In this document: piece by piece, positions 38,532 to 49,284 of the stretch
Numbering within the stretch: position 1 is the first letter of the stretch
Layout of the letters: the number at the start of each line of letters is the position of its first letter
Assembly (NCBI GenBank): GCA_964640965.1
Contig: CAZXJB010000001.1
Location: 6,150-70,149, forward strand
Reading direction: 5' to 3'
Source: an uncultured Actinomycetes bacterium
GTDB taxonomy: Bacteria; Actinomycetota; UBA4738; HRBIN12
DNA: 64,000 nucleotides
Made by a program: the position numbers and the translations under genes
Notes under the pieces: generated by a model
Databases searched by the model: none
Told to the model about the DNA's origin: nothing
Seen by the model: the letters and a program-made list of their open reading frames with translations, nothing else

Positions 38532-39827
38532 CTACACCGCCCGGATGTAGCGCTCGCGCTCCCAGTCCGTCACGGTCTCCTGCCACGCCTTCAGCTCCCA
38601 CTCGCGCGAGGTGACGAAGTACCGGCTGAACGCCTCCCCGAGGGCCCCTCGCAGCCCGGCGTCCTCGCGGAACGCCCCGATCGCGGCCTCGAGGGAGCCG
38701 GGAAGCAGCGGGAGATCGGTCCTCGCGTAGGCATCCCCCGACTCGGCCGGAGGGGGGATGAGCCCCCGGCGCACGCCGTCGGCCGCCGAGGCGGCGATCG
38801 CCGCCAGGGCGAGGTACGGGTTGGCGTCGGCCCCGGGCCGGCGGCACTCGAAGCGCCACAGCTCGGGTCGGGCCGAGCGGATCGCGCGCACCGCGCAGGA
38901 CCGGTTCTCGTAGCCCCAGGTGGCGTTGATCGGCGCGAACCACCCCGGGACGAGCCGCTTGTACGAGTTGATCGTGGGGTTCAGCAGGAGCGATGCCGCC
39001 GGGAGGTGCTCGAGCAGCCCGGCGACGGCCGAGCCGAAGACCTCCGGGAGGGGCTCGCCGGGGTCGGCCCCCGCGAAGGCGTTCACGTCCCCCCGCCAGA
39101 AGGACATGTGGACGTGGCCGCTCGAGCCCTCCTCCCCGGGGACCGTCTTCGCGAGGAAGCTCGCTCGGAAGCCCATCGAGGCGGCCACCTGCTTCACGGC
39201 GAACTTCACGAGGGCCGCGTCGTCCGCCGCCCGGAGGCCGCGCCCGGGGGCCAGGTTCAGCTCGAGCAGCCCCGGACCGGCCTCCGTGTGCACGGCGGAG
39301 AGCCCCACCCCCAAGCCCTCGAGGGCGCGCACCAGCTCGTCGAGGAACCGGGCGTAGCCCCCGATCTCGTTGATGCTGTAGCTGATCCCCGTGGAGGTCG
39401 GCTGGCCCCGCTCGTCGAAGATGCGGATCTCGTACTCGATCGCCGCCATGACCTCGTAGCCGAGCTCCCCGACGTCGGCGAGGACCCGCCGATAGACCTC
39501 ACGGGTCGCGTACGCGCACGGGGAGCCGTCGGGCCAGCTCGGCGTGACCAGGCACAGCCGCCAGCCCGGGCGCCAGGTGAGCTCCCGCACGGAGTCCGGC
39601 TCGGGGTGGACGACCAGGTCCGGCGCCCCGACCCGGATCCCGAAGCGCTCGTAGTCCGAGATCGGGGTGTCGACGGGGTCGAGCCCGAGGAGCAGATCGG
39701 TCATGACCGTCCCGCGCTCCACCGCGGTCTCGAAGGCCGCGGGCCGCAGCGCCTTGCCGCGCAGCGACCCGTTCACGTCGGGCATCGCGAGCAGGATGAA
39801 CTCCTCGTGGGCGTCCGCGCCGCTCAT
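38532..39827 (-). CDS. glutamine synthetase family protein (gamma-glutamylpolyamine synthetase-like)
   Basis: The GS domain is recognisable ('EYEIRIF', 'SGHVHMSFW', 'NSYKRL'). ATG 39827 overlaps the upstream stop (ATGA). Confidence 0.9.
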   Translation of the reverse strand: MSGADAHEEFILLAMPDVNGSLRGKALRPAAFETAVERGTVMTDLLLGLDPVDTPISDYERFGIRVGAPDLVVHPEPDSVRELTWRPGWRLCLVTPSWPDGSPCAYATREVYRRVLADVGELGYEVMAAIEYEIRIFDERGQPTSTGISYSINEIGGYARFLDELVRALEGLGVGLSAVHTEAGPGLLELNLAPGRGLRAADDAALVKFAVKQVAASMGFRASFLAKTVPGEEGSSGHVHMSFWRGDVNAFAGADPGEPLPEVFGSAVAGLLEHLPAASLLLNPTINSYKRLVPGWFAPINATWGYENRSCAVRAIRSARPELWRFECRRPGADANPYLALAAIAASAADGVRRGLIPPPAESGDAYARTDLPLLPGSLEAAIGAFREDAGLRGALGEAFSRYFVTSREWELKAWQETVTDWERERYIRAV

Positions 39828-41188
39828 CGCCGCCCTCCGGCCAGCCGGTCCTTGATCCGCCGCTCGACGTCGACCATCGTCTCGGCCAGGCGCTCGAGCA
39901 TCTGCGTCAGCTCCTCCTCCGTGCTCGTGTAGGCCGGCGCGAACACCGTCTGGTCCCCCGCGTAGCCGTCCGCCTGGGGGTGGGTCGAGGTCACGAGGAG
40001 ACCGTGCTCGAGGGCCGCGTCGTCCACGAGCGCCCCGGCGTCGAGCTCCACGGGCAGGAAGGACCCCCCATCCCGCGGGTCCACGAGCTCGAACCCGAGC
40101 AGGAACCCCCGACCCCGGACCTCCCGCACGATCTCGCGTCCGGCGAGCGCCGCCCGCAGCTCCTCCAGCAGCCGCGGCCCCCGCTCCCGCACGCGCGTCA
40201 CGAGATCGCGCTCGAGGAGCAGGTCGATCACCCGCAGCCCGACGGCGCAGGACAGCGGCGCGCCGTCCCAGGTGTGGCCGAGGTCGAACTCCCGCGAGCC
40301 GCGGTCGACGGCCTCGTAGACGTGCGAGCGACATAGCACCGCGCCGAGGGGGGCGTGCCCGGCGCCGAGCGCCTTCCCGACCGCGACGATGTCGGGCTCG
40401 ATCGGCACCTGATCGGCCGCGAGCCAGGTCCCGACCCGACCGATCCCGGTCACGACCTCGTCGAAGCAGAGGAGGAACCCGTGGCGCTCGCGGCGCTCGG
40501 CCAGCCCCCGCCAGAACCGGTCGGGCGGCGCGTGCCCGGGCAGGGCTGCGGCGCCCACCGGCTCGCAGAGGAACGCCGCGATGCTGTCCCCCTCCGCCTC
40601 GAGGATCCGGTCGAGCGCCGCGAGCGCCGCCTCCCCGTCGGGATCGCCCGGACGCCCCGGCGGCGGGATGTGGCGGTGGTCGGCCAGGTACGGGGTGTAC
40701 GGCTCCTGCAGCGCCCGACGCCCGGTCAGCGCGAGCGTCCCCATCGTCGAGCCGTGGTAGGCCTGGGCCTGCGAGACCACGCGCCAGCGCCGGGTCTCGC
40801 CCCGCTCCACGTGGTACAGGCGGGCGAGCTGGACCATGGTCTCGACCGCCTCCGACCCGCCGGAGACGAAGCGGACCCTGGCCATGCCCGGCGCGACGAC
40901 CTCGGTCAGCCGCTCGGCCAGCCGCTCCTGAGGACCGCTCGTGAAGTGGTGGTTGTAGAAGTACGAGATGCGCTCGGCCTGCTCGGCCGCGGCCGCCGCG
41001 AGCTCGGGCACGCCGTGCCCGAGGCAGGTCACCATCGCCCCGCCGGAGCAGGCGTCGAGGATGCGCCGTCCGTCGACGGTGGTGAGCCACACCCCCTCGC
41101 CGCGCTCGACCTCCGGGTAGGCGAGGTCGAGGAAGCGGGGGAACACGTGCGTGGCGTCCGCCGTCACCGAGCCCGCCACCCGACTCAC
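39824..41188 (-). CDS. class III PLP-dependent aminotransferase
   Basis: The AT-III fold is recognisable ('FDEVVTGIGRVG', 'VAVGKALGAG'). GTG 41188 overlaps the upstream stop (GTGA). Confidence 0.85.
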   Translation of the reverse strand: MSRVAGSVTADATHVFPRFLDLAYPEVERGEGVWLTTVDGRRILDACSGGAMVTCLGHGVPELAAAAAEQAERISYFYNHHFTSGPQERLAERLTEVVAPGMARVRFVSGGSEAVETMVQLARLYHVERGETRRWRVVSQAQAYHGSTMGTLALTGRRALQEPYTPYLADHRHIPPPGRPGDPDGEAALAALDRILEAEGDSIAAFLCEPVGAAALPGHAPPDRFWRGLAERRERHGFLLCFDEVVTGIGRVGTWLAADQVPIEPDIVAVGKALGAGHAPLGAVLCRSHVYEAVDRGSREFDLGHTWDGAPLSCAVGLRVIDLLLERDLVTRVRERGPRLLEELRAALAGREIVREVRGRGFLLGFELVDPRDGGSFLPVELDAGALVDDAALEHGLLVTSTHPQADGYAGDQTVFAPAYTSTEEELTQMLERLAETMVDVERRIKDRLAGGRR

Positions 41189-41907
41189 CCCGCCCTCGTG
41201 GCGAGGCCGGCGTCCCCGCGGCCGAGCCCGGCGATCCCCTCGAGGAAGCCCTCGAAGAGCCGCCACGCCATGGCCTTGCTCGCCTCGGCCCGACGGCGGG
41301 TCTCCTCGAGGAGCGCATCGGGGTCCACGCCCTCGGCGTCGAGCTCGTGCCGGTAGGCGCGCACCCACTCGTCCATGATCCCCACCGTCACCTCGGGGTG
41401 GAACTGGAGGCCGAGGCTGCGCCCGGCCACGAACGCCTGCGGCCCGGCGTCGGACTCCGCGATGAGCGTGGCCCCCTCGGGGACGGTGAACGAGTCGAAG
41501 TGCCACTGGAACCACGGGCCCTCGGGGACGAGGTCGGGGCGTGAGCTCCGCACCGGCAGCCACCCGATCTCGGCGGTGGCGCGGAACCCCTCGCCCCCGA
41601 GGACCCGGGCGAGCAGCTGACCGCCGAAGCAGAGCCCCAGGATCGGCACGTCCGCCCCCACCGCCCGCTCCATGAGGCGCGCCTCCCTCTGGACGAACGG
41701 CTTCGTGTCGTCGAAGGCCGCGAACTCCGAGCCGAGCGAGACGATCAGGTCGAAGCGGCGGGGGTCAACGTCGCGCTCCTCGAGGTCGATGCGGTAGACG
41801 TCCACGTCGGCTCCGTGCTCGGCGAGCCACTCCGTCACGTGGCCCGGCGGCGTCGGGTCCTCGTGCTGGAGGATCAACGCCCGAAGGGGCCGATCGATCC
41901 CGGTCAT
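41185..41907 (-). CDS. class I glutamine amidotransferase-like protein
   Basis: 'ILGLCFGGQLL' and 'LQFHPE' are present. An AGGAGGTGGGG RBS precedes ATG 41907, with an ATGA overlap. Confidence 0.8.
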   Translation of the reverse strand: MTGIDRPLRALILQHEDPTPPGHVTEWLAEHGADVDVYRIDLEERDVDPRRFDLIVSLGSEFAAFDDTKPFVQREARLMERAVGADVPILGLCFGGQLLARVLGGEGFRATAEIGWLPVRSSRPDLVPEGPWFQWHFDSFTVPEGATLIAESDAGPQAFVAGRSLGLQFHPEVTVGIMDEWVRAYRHELDAEGVDPDALLEETRRRAEASKAMAWRLFEGFLEGIAGLGRGDAGLATRAG

Positions 41908-43277
41908 CCCCCCACCTCCTGCTTGGTCATCGGGTGCGCGTCGAGCTCGGCCTCGACCTCGTCCCACACGGCGCGGACCGCGTCGGCGAACCGGGCCACC
42001 ATCTCCCCGAGCTCCTCCTCGGGCGTCGTGAAGGGCGGCGCGAACAGGGTCTGGTCGCCCGCGTAGCCGTCCCGCGTCGGCTGGGTCGAGAGCGTGATGA
42101 GCCCCCGCTCGAAGGCGGCCCGGTCGATCCTGCCCGCCACGCGCAGCTCGGGCGGGAGGAACGAGGTGCCGTCGCGCGGGTCGGCGAAGGACACCCCGAG
42201 CAGGAAGCCGTGCCCGCGGACCTCCTGCACGATGGGGATGCCCTCCAGGGCGACGGCGAGCGCCTCGCGCAGCCCCGGACCCCGCTCGGCCACGCGCTCC
42301 ACGAGCCGCTCCGAGCGCAGCGCCTGCAGGACGGCGAGCCCGACCGCGCAGGCGAGCGGCGCCCCATCCCAGGTGTGCCCGAGGGGGAACCGCCGCGATC
42401 CCGTCGCGATCGCCTCGTACACGTGCCCCGCGCAGAGCACGGCGCCGATCGCCGTGTACCCCGCGCCCAGGCCCTTCGCGGTGGCGATGATATCCGGGGC
42501 GCAGGGGGTGGCCTCGCCGGCGAACCACCGACCGGTCCGCCCGACGCCCGTCACGACCTCGTCGAAGCAGACGAGGAAGCCGTGCCGCTCCCGGCGCTCC
42601 GCGAGCCCCTCCCAGAACCTGCGCGGCGGCGTGTACGCCGGGAGGGCCGCCGAGCTGATCGCCTCGCAGAAGAAGGCCGAGACGTTCTCCGGACCGGCCT
42701 CCTCGAGCGCCGCGTCCAGGGCCGCGAGGGTCGCCTCCCCCGTGGGGTCGAAGCGGGGGGTGGCCGGCGGGATGTGCAGGTGACGGGCGAAGTACGGCGT
42801 GAACGGGCCCTGGAGCCCGGGCCGACCGGTGAGCGCGAGGGTCTCCATCGTCGGCCCGTGGTAGGCCTGCGCTGGGGAGATCACGATCCAGCGCTGCGGC
42901 TCGCCGCGCTCGACGTGGTAGCTGCGGGCGAGCTGCACGGCCATCTCGTTCGCGTCCGAGCCGCTCGTCACGAAGCGCACGCGCGTGAAGCCAGGCGGCG
43001 CCAGCGCCGCGAGCTCCTCGGCGAGGCGCTCCTGCGCCGGGTTCGTGAGCCGCTCGTTGTGCACGAAGGCGAGGCGCTCGGCCTGCGCACGGGCCGCGGC
43101 GATGATGTCCCGCCGACCGTGGCCGAGGGTGGCGGCCATGGACCCCCCGCTCATCGCGTCGAGGTACCGGCGCCCGTCGGAGTCCTCCACCCACGCGCCC
43201 TCGCCCCGCACGATCTCGGGGTAGTCGCGCCCCAGCTCGAGCTGGAAGACCCGGCTCGCCTCGTTCGAAACGCTCAC
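41904..43277 (-). CDS. class III PLP-dependent aminotransferase (paralogue)
   Basis: It is collinear with the 39824..41188 product. GTG 43277 has a GGGGAGGTGGG RBS. Confidence 0.85.
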   Translation of the reverse strand: MSVSNEASRVFQLELGRDYPEIVRGEGAWVEDSDGRRYLDAMSGGSMAATLGHGRRDIIAAARAQAERLAFVHNERLTNPAQERLAEELAALAPPGFTRVRFVTSGSDANEMAVQLARSYHVERGEPQRWIVISPAQAYHGPTMETLALTGRPGLQGPFTPYFARHLHIPPATPRFDPTGEATLAALDAALEEAGPENVSAFFCEAISSAALPAYTPPRRFWEGLAERRERHGFLVCFDEVVTGVGRTGRWFAGEATPCAPDIIATAKGLGAGYTAIGAVLCAGHVYEAIATGSRRFPLGHTWDGAPLACAVGLAVLQALRSERLVERVAERGPGLREALAVALEGIPIVQEVRGHGFLLGVSFADPRDGTSFLPPELRVAGRIDRAAFERGLITLSTQPTRDGYAGDQTLFAPPFTTPEEELGEMVARFADAVRAVWDEVEAELDAHPMTKQEVGG

Positions 43278-43421
43278 GCGGCCCTGCCCACCTCCCCGTT
43301 CCCCCGAACCGAACCCCGCGGAGCCTATCCCACGTCGACCCCGCTGGGGAGCGCGCGCCCGCCGCGTCCCGCGGCGTCGCGCTGTGCACGGCGCATAGTC
43401 AGGTGGCGGCCGCCGGGCGGC

Positions 43422-44168
43422 TCAGTCGGTCCGTTCCTCGATGCCGCCGAACCGCCGGGAGCGCTTCTGGTAGTCGCGGATCGCCTCGTACAGGTGCTCG
43501 CGGTTGAAGTCCGGCCAGAGCACCGGCGTGAAGTAGAGCTCGGCGTAGGCCGCCTGCCAGAGCAGGAAGTTGCTGATCCGCTCCTCACCGCTCGTGCGGA
43601 TGATGAGGTCGGGGTCGGGCATGTCGGGCGCGTACAGCCGGCGCGAGATCGACTCGGGGGTGATCTTCTCCCCCTTCAGCCGTCCGGCGTCGTGGTCCGC
43701 GAGGAGCTTCTTCACGGCGTCCACGATCTCGGTGCGCCCGCCGTAGTTGAAGGCGATCGTGAGCGTCATCCCGGTGTTGTGCCGGGTGAGGGCCTCGGAG
43801 ATGTCCATCTCGCGCAGGACCGAGCGCGGGACCCGCCAGTCCCGGCGCCCGATCCAGCGGACGCGGACGTTCATGCGGTGGAGCTCGTCGCGACGGCGCC
43901 GCAGCAGCCCTCGGTTGAACCCCATGAGGTAGCGGACCTCGGCCTTCGGACGGTTCCAGTTCTCGGTCGAGAAGGCGAACATCGTGAGCCACCGCAGGCC
44001 GAGCTCGTTCGCCCCGACCGCGGTGTCCCACATCGCGGCCTCGCCCGCCGCGTGCCCCTCGGTCCGCGGCAGCCCGCGCTGCGTCGCCCAGCGCCCGTTC
44101 CCGTCCATCACGATGGCGACGTGCCGCGGGAGGCGCTCGGGGTCGAGGTCGGACAGGTACGAGCTCAC
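43422..44168 (-). CDS. uppS: isoprenyl transferase / undecaprenyl-diphosphate synthase
   Basis: 'HVAIVMDGNGRWA' and 'NYGGRTEIVDA' are present. The GTG start overlaps the recO stop. Confidence 0.9.
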   Translation of the reverse strand: MSSYLSDLDPERLPRHVAIVMDGNGRWATQRGLPRTEGHAAGEAAMWDTAVGANELGLRWLTMFAFSTENWNRPKAEVRYLMGFNRGLLRRRRDELHRMNVRVRWIGRRDWRVPRSVLREMDISEALTRHNTGMTLTIAFNYGGRTEIVDAVKKLLADHDAGRLKGEKITPESISRRLYAPDMPDPDLIIRTSGEERISNFLLWQAAYAELYFTPVLWPDFNREHLYEAIRDYQKRSRRFGGIEERTD

Positions 44169-44914
44169 GGCAGCGACCCCCGGACGAGCAGCGGGAGGCT
44201 CTTCATCCGCCGCTCGAGGTGGTACTCGGCGAACCCGAAGAGCAGCCGGCGGGCCTCGCGCCGGACCTGCGGATCGGGGGCGAGCGCGCCGGCCTCGGCG
44301 AACCCGCTTCCCCCGAGGGCCGAGAGCAGCCCGAGCGCCTCGGTCGAGACCGGCTCGGCGTCGGCGGCGGCGCAGGCCCGGCATACCCCGCCGCCCTGCG
44401 CGGTCGAGAACAGGCCCGGGCCGGGGCGGCCGCACTCGGCGCAGGCGGTCAGGCTCGGATGGAAGCCCGAGAGCGACAGGAGCTTGAGCAGGAAGGACTC
44501 GGCCACGGCCGCCGGATCGGGCGGGGCGGCCTCGAGGGCCCGCAGCCCGCCGAGGAGCAGCATGAACAGCCGGACGTTCCGCTCGTGCTCCTCGGCCACC
44601 TTGTCGGTCGCCTCGAGCATCGTCTCGGCGGCGGCGAGCAGCCCGAGGTCGCGGCGGATCGGGAGGAAGGGGCTGATGATCTCGGCCTGGCTGACGGTAT
44701 CCAGCGCGCCCCGCCCTCGGTAGAGCATGAGCGAGACGTGGGTGGTCGGCTCCAGGCGGGCCCCGAACCGGCTCGTGGTCTTGCGGATGCCCTTCGCGAC
44801 GGCCCGGACCTTGCCCGAGCCCTGGGTCATCACCGTCACGATCTTGTCCGCCTCGCCGAGCTTGGCGGCCCGCAGGACGACTCCCTGTTCCTTGTAGAGG
44901 GGCATCGCCCGCAT
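44165..44914 (-). CDS. recO: DNA repair protein RecO
   Basis: An OB-fold N-terminus and a Cys4 zinc motif 'CAECGRP...CRAC' are present. Confidence 0.85.
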   Translation of the reverse strand: MRAMPLYKEQGVVLRAAKLGEADKIVTVMTQGSGKVRAVAKGIRKTTSRFGARLEPTTHVSLMLYRGRGALDTVSQAEIISPFLPIRRDLGLLAAAETMLEATDKVAEEHERNVRLFMLLLGGLRALEAAPPDPAAVAESFLLKLLSLSGFHPSLTACAECGRPGPGLFSTAQGGGVCRACAAADAEPVSTEALGLLSALGGSGFAEAGALAPDPQVRREARRLLFGFAEYHLERRMKSLPLLVRGSLP

Positions 44915-44987
44915 CGTAGCGCCCGGACCCCTGCACGCAGGGACCTCGATGTTGCGGAAGTGTTGAATCGCGGGCCCGGCCCGTCGC

Positions 44988-45841
44988 CTAGGCCCCGATC
45001 GGGTGCCAGACGGTCTTGAACTCGGTGAGCGCGGTGATCTCGTAGGGGCTCTGCGCCGCGTCCGTGAACGGGTCCACCCGGGGCGCCCGGGTCACGCGCT
45101 TCATGTTCTCGGTGGCGAGCTCCTCGACCTGCGCGAGCATCTCCGCCGGCACGCCGGTGACGTCGATCGCGTTCACGTCCATGTGGCCGGCGAGCCAGGG
45201 CACGAGCTCGGTCGTGAAGCCGGTCAGGATGTTCACGACGCCGGCCGGGACGTCCGAGGTGGCGAGCACCTCCGCGAGCGTGACCGCCGGCAGCGGCGCA
45301 GGCTCGCTCGCGAGCACGACCGCGGTGTTCCCGCTCACGATCGCCGGAGCCAGACGCGAGACGAGCCCGAGGAGCGCCGGCTCCGCCGGGGCGACGACGC
45401 CGACGACGCCCATGGGCTCGGGGATCGTGAAGTTGAAGTACGGGCCGGCGACGGGGTTCGTCGCGCCGAGGACCTGGTGCACCTTGTCGGCCCAGCCCGC
45501 GTACCACACCCACCGGTCGATCGCCGCGTCGACCTCGCGCCGAGGCTCCGGCGAGCCGGCGTCGGCGAGCTCCGTCTCGAACTGCGCGCGGCGACCCTCC
45601 ATGAGCTCGGCCACCCGGTAGAGGATCTGGCCGCGGTGGTACGCGGTCAGGCCGGCCCACCCCGGCTGGGCCGTGCGCGCCGCCCGCACGGCGTCGCGGA
45701 GATCCTTGCGCGAGGCGCGGGCGGCGTGCGCGAGCAGGCGCCCACCGGGGGCGAGCACCTCGTAGGAGCGCCCCGACTCGCTGCGCGGGAACGCCCCAGC
45801 GATGAAGAGCTTGGCGGTCCGGCGCACGGGGAGGCGCTCGC

Positions 45842-45845
<4 letters not shown>
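44988..45845 (-). CDS. truncated ALDH-superfamily protein (NAD-binding half only, 285 aa); possible gene remnant
   Basis: It aligns to the ALDH N-terminal and cofactor domain ('GNTAVVLASE') but lacks the catalytic Cys/Glu region. GTG 45845 overlaps the ALDH stop (GTGA) with a GGGGGAG RBS. Confidence 0.55.
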
Positions 45846-47368
<1,523 letters not shown>

Positions 47369-47380
47369 CGCTCCCTCGGT

Positions 47381-48340
47381 CTAGTCGATCGTGAAGTAGT
47401 CCGGCCCCTGGTACCGACCGGTCCGCTCCTTGTGGATCTGCATCAGCACGTCGTTCAGCAGGCCCGAGGCGCCGATCCGGAACAGCTCCGGCCGCAGCCA
47501 GGCGCCGCCGAGGGTCTCGGAGAGCATCACCAGGTAGTGGATCGCCTGCTTCGCGGTCCGGACCCCGCCCGCCACCTTGATCCCCACCCGGCGACCGGTC
47601 TCGGCCTCGAAGTCCCGGGCGGCCTCCATCATGCAGAGCGCGGTCGGGGGCGTCGCGCCGACGCCGATCTTCCCGGTCGAGGTCTTGATGAAGTCCGCTC
47701 CCGCCGCCATCGCCAGGACCGAGGCCTGTCGCACCCGGTCGTAGCTGCCGAGCTCGCCGGTCTCGAGGATCACCTTGAGGTGTGCCTCCCCCGCCGCCTC
47801 GCGCGCCGCCACGAGCTCCTCGAACGCGCCGGCGTAGTCGCCGGCGAGCACGCGTGAGCGGTTCAGCACGATGTCGACCTCGTCGGCGCCCATCTCGACC
47901 GCCGCGCGGATCTCGGCGAGCCGCGCCTCGAGGGGGCCGAGCCCCGAGGGGAAGCTCCCGGCCACGCTCGCGACCCGCACCGGGCTCCCCCGGAGCTCCC
48001 GGACGGCCACCGGGACGAGCTCCGGGTAGATGCACACGGCCGCGACCGGGGGGATGGAGGGGTCGAAGGGGTCCGGGCGCCGCGCCTTCGCGCACATCGC
48101 GACGACCTTGCCGGGCGTGTCGACGCCCTCCAGGGTCGTGAGATCCATGCAGCGGATCGCGAGGTCGAGGGCGAAGAGCTTCGCGTCGCGCTTGATCGAG
48201 CGCCTCCCGAGCGCGGCCGCGCGCTCCTCGAGCCCCACCGCGTCCACCGCGGCCGTCCGGGTCGCCAGACGCACGGCCTCCCGCGGCGCGTACCGCGCGA
48301 GCCCGCCGGCTCCGCTCCGGACCTCGGCCGCTCGGCTCAT
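47381..48340 (-). CDS. deoC: deoxyribose-phosphate aldolase
   Basis: The DeoC barrel with 'DFIKTSTG' and 'VKVAGGVRT' is present. It has the long N-terminal extension typical of actinobacterial DeoC. Confidence 0.8.
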   Translation of the reverse strand: MSRAAEVRSGAGGLARYAPREAVRLATRTAAVDAVGLEERAAALGRRSIKRDAKLFALDLAIRCMDLTTLEGVDTPGKVVAMCAKARRPDPFDPSIPPVAAVCIYPELVPVAVRELRGSPVRVASVAGSFPSGLGPLEARLAEIRAAVEMGADEVDIVLNRSRVLAGDYAGAFEELVAAREAAGEAHLKVILETGELGSYDRVRQASVLAMAAGADFIKTSTGKIGVGATPPTALCMMEAARDFEAETGRRVGIKVAGGVRTAKQAIHYLVMLSETLGGAWLRPELFRIGASGLLNDVLMQIHKERTGRYQGPDYFTID

Positions 48341-48410
48341 GGACCGCCATGGTACGGCGCCGAGCGCCGGATGGGCTATGCTGCGGGCTCCGGTCCGGAG
48401 AGGGGTGAGG

Positions 48411-48773
48411 GTGGGCAGGCTCGCGTCCGCGCTGGTGGCGGTGCTCGCGCTCGGCGCCGCGGCGTGCGGGCGGGCCGCCCCGACGGCCGAGGACTGCGTG
48501 GACCTCACGGCGGGCTCCACGGCCCACGTGGAGATCGCGGACTTCCGCTACCTGCCCGGCTGCTTCACGATGCGCGGGGCCCAGGGGCTCACGGTCGCCA
48601 ACGACGACGGGGCCGACCACACGTTCACCCTCCGGGGCACCGGGGTCGACCTCGAGGTCGCGGGCTCGGGGAGCGCCGAGATCGGGCCGCTCGCCGCCGA
48701 GGCGGACCTCGGCACGTACGACCTGATCTGCCGCTACCACCCGGACATGCGGGGCACCGTCGCGCTCCGCTGA
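48411..48773 (+). CDS. cupredoxin-like (blue copper) lipoprotein
   Basis: It has lipobox 'LGAAAC' and C-terminal copper ligands 'CRYHPDM'. A GGAGAGGGGTGAGG RBS precedes GTG 48411. Confidence 0.6.
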   Translation: MGRLASALVAVLALGAAACGRAAPTAEDCVDLTAGSTAHVEIADFRYLPGCFTMRGAQGLTVANDDGADHTFTLRGTGVDLEVAGSGSAEIGPLAAEADLGTYDLICRYHPDMRGTVALR

Positions 48774-48820
48774 GCCCCCGACCTGCGCGACGACCGGCCC
48801 GCGATGGGCTATCCTCCGCC

Positions 48821-48836
48821 CACCCGAGTTCGGGTG
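48821..48836. promoter_or_regulatory. perfect palindrome CACCCGA-GT-TCGGGTG upstream of the second cupredoxin gene
   Basis: The palindrome is read directly. It lies 30 bp before ATG 48866. Confidence 0.3.
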
Positions 48837-48865
48837 AGGACCTGCGGGCCTGGGAAGGAGGCAGG

Positions 48866-49276
48866 ATGCGCGTCGCGGCGATCGTCCTCGCGGCCTCGCT
48901 CGCCCTCGTGGCGTGCACGGGGAAGTACAAGCCGGAGGGGACTGCCGGGGCCGTCGGTCAGCCGGGCGCCGACGCGACGCCCGCGGCGTCCGGACCGCCC
49001 GCCGACTGCGAGGACCAGACGGCGAGCGCCGCCACCCTCGAGGTCTCCGACTTCGCGTTCCACCCCACCTGCCTGCGCGTGAGCGCCGGCGGCACGCTCC
49101 AGATCCGCAACGAGGACGCCTCGGCCCACTCGTTCACGGTCTCGGGCGGCGCGATCGACGAGACGCTCGAGTCGGGCAGCACCCACCGGATCCGGCTCGG
49201 GGCCCTCGAGCCGGGGACCTACGCCTTCAACTGCCGGTTCCACCCGCCGATGACCGGCACGCTGATCGTGGGGTAG
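48866..49276 (+). CDS. cupredoxin-like (blue copper) lipoprotein, paralogue
   Basis: It has lipobox 'LVAC' and ligands 'H...CRFHPPM'. A GGAAGGAGG RBS is present. Confidence 0.7.
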   Translation: MRVAAIVLAASLALVACTGKYKPEGTAGAVGQPGADATPAASGPPADCEDQTASAATLEVSDFAFHPTCLRVSAGGTLQIRNEDASAHSFTVSGGAIDETLESGSTHRIRLGALEPGTYAFNCRFHPPMTGTLIVG

Positions 49277-49284
49277 GACGCGCC

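Noticed and set aside
43340-43421. Rho-independent terminator after uppS (inverted repeat CGCCGCG-TCC-CGCGGCG)
   Set aside because: It is a GC-rich dyad without a following U-tract. It could equally be an operator or a fortuitous GC palindrome, so it is too weak to call.
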